A stretch of 47,184 nucleotides of DNA. Origin: Salisapilia sapeloensis CBS 127946 (lineage: Eukaryota; Protista; Oomycota). The translations under genes were made by a program, and so were the position numbers. Position 1 is the stretch's first letter, and each line of letters opens with the position of its first letter. Below are positions 33,481 to 42,281 of this stretch, piece by piece. The notes beneath the pieces are model-generated. The model was not told where the DNA came from, did not search any database, and saw nothing but the letters and a program-made list of their open reading frames with translations. Where the stretch lies: NCBI GenBank assembly GCA_023334545.1, contig JAADVB010000148.1:1-47184 (forward strand), in the 5' to 3' direction.

Positions 33481-33770
33481 TCCGGACGCTGTACCTCGGA
33501 AGTTAGAAGCAGTTGATACAATAGACTTTATCAGCAAATTCGGAGAAGTAGGCAGGAACTAAAGAGAGCCGAAGCCGTCTAGTTATTCCGGCTCGGCAGT
33601 ATCTTCTGGTCGTCTCTGCTACATCCTTGTCATACAAAACGAGGCTATTCGGCAGTAACTCGCTAGATTTCCGGCTAGCCTACGCTTCTGAAAGCTGTAT
33701 CCTACAAAAGTATCCGGTACTGATTGAGATCCATCAAACGTGCTGGGATACAGAAAGATAGTTGCAGCAG
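33481..33770. repeat. Motif-rich, imperfectly inverted non-coding segment (possible MITE remnant)
   Basis: Eight YYCGG motifs between 33481 and 33717, direct repeat tcggcagta twice, imperfect inverted arms (agaagtaggc / gcctacgcttct; ctgtatcc / ggatacag) and a gatagttgc-a-gcagctatc hairpin. Confidence 0.3.
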
Positions 33771-34667
33771 CTATCGCTTTAATCAACCTGCTCTTTTATT
33801 GATTTGCGTAGCGGATGAGGGACAGTCAGTGGTAAATAGATCGGCTCGAAAAGTGTGATCGTGGTAGTTTGACTACGGGTTTGTGTGCTTGATGGAAATT
33901 GGTCATTATAAAGCTACGAGTTTATCACCCAGCAAGTTCCCAGCATTGACTCGTCTGCACGGTACATTTTTTGGGTTTACGAACGAGGCTCTGTTTGAAT
34001 GGTTTATGATTAATTCTCGATCGATATTGCTCTCTCGACGACACAAGATCTTTGACACGACGCGACTACTACCGGGAAGCCTTGCATATTGGGATTAATG
34101 AATGAGTTCGGGCAGATTTTAGCCTTGGAAGCTTTAGGCGTATATGACTGCGCGGATACTATAATGGTATACAAGTCAAAGCATGAGACATATAAGGTGA
34201 TTTTTGAGAGGCATGCTTGTACATATTCCTTTCACAGACCATATCGAACTACACTTTGAAAGATAGCTCTTACCCATGCATGGCATAAAAAATGCATTCA
34301 GGATTGCAATGAATAGTCTACGCAACGTCAATAGCATGTAGACATCTATAGCGAATACCGACAGTAAGCGGGAGCTGATGTATGGACGTTTCAAAAGCCT
34401 ACAAGTAGACGCCATTCCAATTGTGATCTTACTAGCAAAAGTATAGTTCACTGTACCAATAGCTACTGCAGAACCACGTTTCACAAAGGAAACGCGACAA
34501 CCGCTAGAAACGTGACTGAATTATCGACAGTGGTAGTCAAAGCAAGACTACCATAGTACAGTGATATACACAGCGATAAGCAGGTAGTAAAACTCCAAGT
34601 AAAAGTGATAAATAACAACACACTGTTTCTCATATAGTATACTCGTGATACTGTCCTACTACAGCTC

Positions 34668-36242
34668 ATGAATCACAATGGTAATCCATGGCTTCCCGCA
34701 TCAACGAGGAGGTACATCCGACAAGCTTTAGGAAACGGTTGAATTACTCACCTTCTTCCTAATTAAGCCAATCACAGACGGTTCGAACCAAAAATAAAGT
34801 CTCCGTGAACAAGTTAAGCTATACCATGCACGACCGCATCGCACTGCCTCCAGCCCACGCTCCAATGCCTGCGAAAGTCAAGCGCGACCATAATCGTGGC
34901 AGACACAAGCACAGGTCTCCTCGCAAGCCTCGTAATAACAAGGACAGTAGCCATAGTCACGATAGCAATACAAGTAGCACGAGTAGTGCGAGCGGTGTCA
35001 GCACTGCCGACTACACTAGTCTTTCGACGCAGGAACGTACCAAGTTTGTAGACCACAGTAAAAAGTCTGATCGACGAGAGAAGATGGATGCAAGTAGCAA
35101 CCAAGCACCGTCTACAGTCGACCACGACACACGGGAAAACGACCAGCCTGCCCCAGCATGGCTATCTGACACACATGTCGTGAACGACACGAATACACCG
35201 CTTGCAGAAAGGTATTCTATGATTCGAATCAGCTTCATTCATACTAATGGACCACTACAGTCTCTTTCTACCTGTACTATGACAAGCTTGTACTAACTTT
35301 ACGTTCTCTAGACTCGGCACCGAGATTCTGGCGTATGAAAAGTATACTAAAGAAGTCATTGAGCGTGTCCAACAACCGATTGACGCAGCCATTGCTCATC
35401 TTTCCACGGCTGCGAAAGCACTTTGGCCACAGGCTTACGTCCGTCCATTTGGCTCGTATGCTAGCGGTCTCTGGCTTCCGTCCAGTGACGTCGACGTCGT
35501 CGTCATGGGTATCGCCAGTGACCCGAACACCGGTCGATCATCAGATATTAGTGCTTTACAACACCTTGCGTCATCTTTACAAGCTCAACCGTACGTGGAG
35601 CATGTGGAAGTGATCACAAGCGCCAAAGTTCCTGTCGCCAAGTTAGTTCTTTCCGAAGACGGACATCATCATCAACGTATGGACGTGACGATCGAGACAC
35701 TCCATACACACCATGGTTTGGCTGCAAGTGATCTCGTACGGCAATATGTCGATAACATTCCGTCCCTGCATCCTCTCGCGATTATCCTAAAGCAATTCTT
35801 ACGAGAAAAAGGTCTGAACGATGCATTCACAGGCGGGCTAAGCTCCTACACAGTCACTCTCCTCTGCGTCATGCTCATTGAAAAGCTCGGACAGGCCCAT
35901 GCGACGGCACCAAAGGAGATCGGACAGCTCTTACTTGACTTTCTAGAGTACTACGGCCTTACCTTTAACTATGCACAGACCGGTATCTCGTTACGTCCAG
36001 AGCTCTTTGGCGAGTACTTCCTCGCTCCGTCTCACGTCACTGGTCTCATGCCACAGTTGATTGTGGACGATCCCGTCTATCAGAATGGACAGCACAATAC
36101 GGCAGCAGGTGCATTTGCCATCGCTCGCGTGATCTCTGCTTTAGAGAATGGTTTCTACGCCGTGTCCTTCCATCGTCCGAGTAAATTTACTCGCACACCA
36201 TTATGTCAGCTCTTGCACTGGTCCGGCCATCAAATACAATAA
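34668..36242 (+). CDS. TRF4/PAPD5 (TENT4)-like non-canonical poly(A) polymerase / nucleotidyltransferase, at least 3 exons
   Basis: Exons 34668-34711, 34768-35211, 35312-36242 (introns 56 and 100 nt). PFGSYASGLWLPSSDVDVVV is a Pol-beta NTase signature; also AKVPVAKL, MDVT, LKQFLREKGLNDAFTGGLSSY, LLDFLEYYG (PAP-associated), LIVDDP. The 5' end is uncertain and further upstream exons are possible. Confidence 0.9.
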
Positions 36243-36298
36243 GAAACAAGTCGTTGTAGATGTACTCGCGAGTATCCAAGTCTCTTTTTCTTTTCTAC

Positions 36299-39200
36299 TT
36301 ACTCGCTAATCTCCTGTGCACTCTGTTCTTCCATCAGTCGTTGCTGTCGTTCAATCTCTTCATAGTCAATATTCGACAAAAAGTAGATGACTCCAAGCGA
36401 AACAGCGATCATCTTCATCAGTTGAGTCAAGTCCTTACCGTTCAGTTCCTTCAACGACGCGATCATGATGTGTGGCGCGAAGATAAAGAGACAGAGCTGG
36501 TCCCAAATGAACGCACCGAGGACATCGAGTGCCAAGAGACCCGTGAGTACGCGTGTGAAGCGCGGGTCTGGCATCGGAACGATCTGCAGCACTTTGTTGA
36601 ACAGTGGCATGGACTCGGAGCAGAGGAGGAAGACACCGACGATCGAAATGCCGAGCGAGTAGAGCAGTCCTGGGTTCTCCGTCATGCTCTTCATAAACGG
36701 TCGACCCTTGTAGTTGACAGCACAAACGCTCACGGTCTGGACACCGTTGATGAGGAAGATGACGGTGCTCATGACGTTCGGAACGTACTCTCCAGCCTTG
36801 GCATGCGTCACATCTCCTTCCGGCGTGTACTCTTTCGCCAAGTTCGTCAGGTAGATCATGCACACGAGATGCAGTGCGAATTGCCCCGCGAGACTAGAGA
36901 AGAGTGCCGGGTGGAAGATAGACGTAAGCGGTCGGACAGACGATAGCGTCGGCAATGGTGTCGCTCGACTTAGCGTGACGCTCGAGACAGTTGAGATCAT
37001 ACCTAAAGCGATCATCTGCGAGTTGGCGTACTTGACCTTGTCTAGGTACAGCACAGACAAAGAGTAGGAGCTGATGAGACAGTTGACTGCTAGGATCTGG
37101 TACATTTGCATCGTCGTCACCAACGCGCATCGACCTTGACGAATAATGTCGACACATCCCTTGATACTCGGAGCTCGAGACGTGAATGGCGACGCGATAG
37201 ACGCGTCTCCAAGCTTCACCATCGGCACTTCTCCATCGTCAAAGTCATCCATGTACTGCGCCATGGCAGCGTTATTGGCAAAGTTGGCAAACCCTTTCGC
37301 ACCACGTCGTTCTGCAGCTTTCTTCTTATTCTCCTCCGCTTCTCTCTTGGCAAACGCAGCAAGTGCTTTCACACGCGCGAAGGATTCACCTCGTGCTTCT
37401 CTCGCTTTCACATCTTCTTCAATCTCCTCCTGTTTACGTTTCATCTCCGCTTGTTTCTCTTCTTTCGTCGGAGCTTTTGTAATACCACGACGTTTCGCTA
37501 GTTTCTCCTGCTTCTCCTTCTGTTGTTCCTTTAACAAGAGCATCACATAGTCCTTCTTCTCTCGACATCCACTCGTATCCACTTGTTTCTGCCCAAGCTT
37601 CTTCTTTAGCGCCGACACATGGAGTTTCATCAGCTCCGGACCAGTCATGGCGTCCGCTCCCTTCTTTTGGAACTTGGCACCAGTGATACTCTTGTCAGCA
37701 TTCGCCGAGCCAAAGCCTCCGAGCAACGCTACACCGATATGCGCCTGCTTGAGTGCTCCAACGTCGTTCCCGCCGTCACCGCACATGAGCGTATGGTGTC
37801 CCTCTTCCTTGAGGTGCGTCAACACACGCTCTTTGAGCTCTGGTGTCATACGCGCAAAGACTCGGATGAGGTGCACATGCTTCCATATCGCATCATCTGC
37901 AAGAGCTAGGGACTTGCCATGGACACACAGATCGTACTCTTTCGCTAGCGCCTGTAACTGCTGTCCGTCATACGTCGCCACTTCCTTGTCATCTTCACCA
38001 GAGTTCCAGACCAAACGATCGTCCTTGTCATTAAGCACCAATGTCTTCTTCGTAATGATATTCACTTCCTTCGATACGTGAACAGCTGTGAGCGTCGCGT
38101 CTCCCGTGATCATCGACACGTCGTGCGAGCTGTCTTTCAGCTGCTGGACGATCGACCCACTGTCTCGACGCACGAGGCACTGGAAGACTGCAAAGCCAGC
38201 GAACGTCAAGTCGCTTTCTGCCCACGATCGAGGCTTATACGCGAGCTCCTGGTCGCTCAATCCACTCTCGAGATCTTTATACGCGAGTGCCAAGACACGC
38301 ATGCCTTTCCTCGCCAAGCTCTGATACGCATCCCAGTACCAAGTCGGGACCTGATTTGGTTGAAGTAGTTGACCAACAGCCTCTGGACTTCCTTTCACAA
38401 GACTTCGGTAGCCATGCTTACCTTCATTCCCGCGTTGGACTTTCGCAATGACGCTCATGCGCTGAAGTTTCGATGCAAAGTGATGGCGATGAACGAGCTG
38501 AACGGAGACGTCTTTGGCATTCCACTTACGCTCTGACGCTCGTTCTGAGTCTTTCGAAGGAGAGCAACGACGCGTGTGAGGATCGTACGTAAAGTCAACA
38601 GCACGGAGAGATGCTTCTTCGACTGGATCACCCACGAGCTTTCCGTCGACTTGGACGAGCGACTGGCATCCAGCCAAGACCAGTGTGGCGTCCATGCTTC
38701 CACTGATCATCGGGACATGGCCAAGACCGTTGTTACTACTTCCTTGATGTTTCTTCGGGTCTTCACAGACGACACCGACGGCCGTGAGCTGATCTGTCGT
38801 TAATGTTCCCGTTTTATCAAAGAGGCAAATGTCGACTTTGCCTGCGAGAGAGATACGGAAGGGTTCGGTACAAAAGATCGAAAGCTTCACGAGCGACATG
38901 AGCGCCGTGTTCACAGCCATCGACGTCTGCATCGGTAGCTCCGCTGGAATCACACTCGTGATGATCAAGACACAACGTAAGAGCAGTTCAAACGTAATCT
39001 TGCCTTTTTGCTTCAGGCCGTGGTTGAGAACGTAGCCAGAGGAGAGGAGAGCGAAGATAAGCAAGAGACCAGCGAGACCGTATGCGTCTTTCGAGTCACC
39101 AGTGACTTTGCCACTCGAGAACTCGATCATACGCACGAGCTTGCCTTGGGAGCTGCTAAAGCCTGTGCGGAGGACAAAGGCAGAGCAGCCTCCATCTGGC

Positions 39201-40591
39201 GCACTTGGCACCTTGACTTTGACTTCGTCAGATCCGTCACTCTGCATGATGGTGGTACCACCGAAGAGGACGTGGACCTTGTGTCCGCTCTTCATATCAA
39301 GCTCTTCTGCCAAATCGTCTGCGTTCATCTTGTCTCCAATCGCTTCTTTGATCTGAGGCACACTCTCACCTGTCAACGTCGCTTCGTTCATGACTGCCGA
39401 GCCATGCAGCAGGAGACAGTCGCACGGGATAGTGTTATCGGCGTCTTGGGACGTGATACGACGGATGGACACGACGTCACCAGGTACCAACGTCTCGGAC
39501 GATACTTGGATCCATTGCTTCTTACGATAGACGTAGACATCCTTTGTCTGGTTACCCATGCCACGCAGTGTCTGCAGGTTTTTTAGTCGACTAAGCACCG
39601 TCACGCCTTCGAACATGAGGATCATGGCGAGAGTGAAGAGCGAGTATTGCCAGTACTCATCTAGCATGTACAGGAGGATAGAGAAGATCTGGAAGACAGT
39701 CAATGGCTCCAAGAGCTGCTGCTTGTACATGTCGATAAAGTTGGGCTGTGGGATACTGAACTCGTTCTTGCCATACAATGCCAGTCGGTCGTTCACTTGC
39801 TTCTCACTCGACAGTCCGAGTGTGGACACGTAGCTCTCGACGACTTCTCTAATCGGAGCTTGAAGCTTACGGAACGTCACAAGGTCTTTGCCATCATCTT
39901 TATCCGACACTTCTGCAATGTACTTGTGCTTTTGGAAGGTGAAGTACGGACGCTCTGTCACGGGTGTCGACTTGGTCAGCTGACGAGAGGACGTAGGCCA
40001 CATGAGCTCTGTCATCGCACTCTTGCCTTGGTGCGATCGAGGCTCCACGAGGACGTACGTTGCTTCCTGGACAGACTTTGCTGGCGTGTACTTGATCAAG
40101 GCAAGCACACGCATTGACCAGACTTGGAAGAGTAGCATAAGAACGTGCGATACGGTAGTAAAGAGCATGAAGAGCAATGGAACGATGGCAGGTAAGAACG
40201 GATTGGGCAATGGCGGTCCTTCTTCTCCTTCTTTCAAGTCATCGTAGATGGCACTAGGTGCTTCACGCACAGACCCTTGGGACAGAGTTGATGCTGCCAA
40301 GCCATCCAACTCGTCGCTCTGAGTCGCCTCTGGTGTCAAAACGCCGGCCTCCTCTAATTCTCGAATGGCCTGGGCATACGGCTCCCCAATCGTCAGAGCA
40401 CAATGATACAATGAGTACGCATAGAGAATGATGAAGGGGAGGTGCTCGAGGCCGTAGCCAAGACCAAGGACTGTCGGTCGCCGCCGATGAAGCGACAGAC
40501 GCTGGACGGACTTACCGGTCCATTGCACGCCCTTCATGATTTTTGATCGTATTCGTGTCAATCGGTGACCACCTGTACCTTCAGACGACAT
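36299..40591 (-). CDS. ATP13A1: P5A-type P-type ATPase (ATP13A1/Spf1 ortholog; ER transmembrane-helix dislocase)
   Basis: Intronless, 1430 aa. LDEYWQYSLFTL, TLTGESVPQ, IITSVIPAELP, CLFDKTGTLT (phospho-Asp), KGSPE, MITGD, MCGDGGNDVGALKQAH, GDASIASPFTS, IIRQGRCALVTT. Confidence 0.97.
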   Translation of the reverse strand: MSSEGTGGHRLTRIRSKIMKGVQWTGKSVQRLSLHRRRPTVLGLGYGLEHLPFIILYAYSLYHCALTIGEPYAQAIRELEEAGVLTPEATQSDELDGLAASTLSQGSVREAPSAIYDDLKEGEEGPPLPNPFLPAIVPLLFMLFTTVSHVLMLLFQVWSMRVLALIKYTPAKSVQEATYVLVEPRSHQGKSAMTELMWPTSSRQLTKSTPVTERPYFTFQKHKYIAEVSDKDDGKDLVTFRKLQAPIREVVESYVSTLGLSSEKQVNDRLALYGKNEFSIPQPNFIDMYKQQLLEPLTVFQIFSILLYMLDEYWQYSLFTLAMILMFEGVTVLSRLKNLQTLRGMGNQTKDVYVYRKKQWIQVSSETLVPGDVVSIRRITSQDADNTIPCDCLLLHGSAVMNEATLTGESVPQIKEAIGDKMNADDLAEELDMKSGHKVHVLFGGTTIMQSDGSDEVKVKVPSAPDGGCSAFVLRTGFSSSQGKLVRMIEFSSGKVTGDSKDAYGLAGLLLIFALLSSGYVLNHGLKQKGKITFELLLRCVLIITSVIPAELPMQTSMAVNTALMSLVKLSIFCTEPFRISLAGKVDICLFDKTGTLTTDQLTAVGVVCEDPKKHQGSSNNGLGHVPMISGSMDATLVLAGCQSLVQVDGKLVGDPVEEASLRAVDFTYDPHTRRCSPSKDSERASERKWNAKDVSVQLVHRHHFASKLQRMSVIAKVQRGNEGKHGYRSLVKGSPEAVGQLLQPNQVPTWYWDAYQSLARKGMRVLALAYKDLESGLSDQELAYKPRSWAESDLTFAGFAVFQCLVRRDSGSIVQQLKDSSHDVSMITGDATLTAVHVSKEVNIITKKTLVLNDKDDRLVWNSGEDDKEVATYDGQQLQALAKEYDLCVHGKSLALADDAIWKHVHLIRVFARMTPELKERVLTHLKEEGHHTLMCGDGGNDVGALKQAHIGVALLGGFGSANADKSITGAKFQKKGADAMTGPELMKLHVSALKKKLGQKQVDTSGCREKKDYVMLLLKEQQKEKQEKLAKRRGITKAPTKEEKQAEMKRKQEEIEEDVKAREARGESFARVKALAAFAKREAEENKKKAAERRGAKGFANFANNAAMAQYMDDFDDGEVPMVKLGDASIASPFTSRAPSIKGCVDIIRQGRCALVTTMQMYQILAVNCLISSYSLSVLYLDKVKYANSQMIALGMISTVSSVTLSRATPLPTLSSVRPLTSIFHPALFSSLAGQFALHLVCMIYLTNLAKEYTPEGDVTHAKAGEYVPNVMSTVIFLINGVQTVSVCAVNYKGRPFMKSMTENPGLLYSLGISIVGVFLLCSESMPLFNKVLQIVPMPDPRFTRVLTGLLALDVLGAFIWDQLCLFIFAPHIMIASLKELNGKDLTQLMKMIAVSLGVIYFLSNIDYEEIERQQRLMEEQSAQEISE

Positions 40592-40710
40592 TCACCTCCG
40601 TCAGCACACTCGCAGGTGGGAATTATTGTCGCCATGGAGGACGATGGGAAGGTAGATGAATAGATGCAAATGAAGGGTTCTTTTTGGAATTAATAAAAAG
40701 ATGGATGTAG

Positions 40711-41706
40711 ATGGAGGTGAAGGCTTCTGTCGTGAGTAGTTATCTGACGTGCCCATTATGCGCTGGCTACTTTCGCAATGCCATGAGTCTCCGAGAATGT
40801 CTTCATACTTGTACGCTATTTGCCATTATGAGAGTACGACATAGGAGTGATATATTTGTGGTGGAGTGTAGTCTGCAATGGATGCATTCAACATTATTTC
40901 GAAGATAGCTCCGTCGAGCATTCCAATTGCCCAGTATGTAACGTCTGGCTTGGTACGCAGCCGTGGAAAGAGCTCATGTAGGACATATACTTATTTTCGA
41001 GGAATGGCATGTCGTGATGTGCTTGTATGGTAGACATAATCCAGTCTTCCAAGATCTTGCCGACAAGTTATTACCCAAGGATGAAGACGAATATGAGCAA
41101 CGTACTGTTACTAAAAACTCCCTTCGATAACCAACTCATAAGAATGTGGACGTAGGAAAACAGTTCGTCGAACGACTTGGGCTTAAGCGTAAGCGTTCAA
41201 GTACTCCGCAGTCTATTCGCCAGCCCATGACAGATAGCGACAATGCGTCTCGTAAACCCACGATACGTTTCACGCTATCCCCATTGGACAGGTTCGTCCT
41301 GACGCATTCGCCAGCTCTTTTCCTCTACTAAACACATTTTATTAGTCCGAATGAGCCCATTACACTGAGGCTACCACCGCTAAAGACTCAGAGGATGTGT
41401 ACAGAGAAGTCCATGCGTGTATGTAGCAACGTAGGTGTATAAAGATGTGGATACGCTTGTTACTTGTTGAGATGATAGATGGATCAATTAACACAATACC
41501 TCCACGCGAAACTTCATTTAAAAAAGAACGTGCCGATTGATATTTTGTGTCGAGGCAAGGCGGTCGGTCAAGAGTCATCACTCGAGTTTATTGATCGGAC
41601 GATCTGGAAGAATCCGAACGACATCATGGGTAAGTATTCTCCATCTTTCCGTCGCGACTGAAACTCATCCGCATGTACAGAACTACATTATCGTCGACGG
41701 CCATAA
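40711..41706 (+). CDS. Polycomb group RING finger (PCGF/BMI1/DRIP-like) protein: C3HC4 RING + RAWUL, 7 exons
   Basis: Exons 40711-40810, 40872-40977, 41034-41101, 41156-41291, 41346-41418, 41479-41629, 41681-41706 (introns of 61, 56, 54, 54, 60, 51 nt). They give CPLCAGYFRNAMSLRECLHTFCNGCI...CPVC...NPVFQDLADKLLP and RAWUL-like MDQLTQYLHAKL..IDILCRG...IMELHYR. Confidence 0.88.
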
Positions 41707-42281
41707 ACTCTCGATTGTAATGTACTTGCCTATCAATAAAACCACTCGCATCAACCATTTGGACGACAGAACGAATCATACCAGCATCACAAATGTCCAT
41801 TTCTAAAGTAATCTCTTCGGTCACCAAAAGATGCTAAAAATGGTAATATTGAAATATCATTCTTCACATTAAGAGTCACTATCGGTCCACTTTCGAGTGC
41901 CTCTACCTTGGCATGTTTTATTCTTCAAGTAGAACACAGCCTTTGCTCAGTACAGGAACGATTATATAGAGATTGAAACTACAGCTTCCACTTCCTTCCT
42001 TTTAAACCCAGCATCATATGTGAGCTGTTTCCCACGCCGAGTTTGCGGTGAAAGAGCCGGGCAAAGTGTCCTGTGGGCATACTACTTGACCGAATATGAC
42101 TTAAAGACATTCCATAAAATATATCGTACATTGAAAATCGCCAGAGTATCAATGCATTGTGCTATTTAAAATGAAAAATTTACTTTGATGTTGCGTTCTA
42201 TCTTGAACGATGACTTTATTCACTCCTACTCCCTCACTTTCAAAGTTAGCTGCTATCTGCTACTTCGATCTTTCACCCTCT

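Noticed and set aside
712-39833. Many long opposite-strand or alternate-frame ORFs in the track (e.g. 712-1443, 19621-20088, 24064-24621, 24255-24914, 36260-36946, 39008-39586)
   Set aside because: Shadows of real coding sequence with biased codon usage; no independent motifs.
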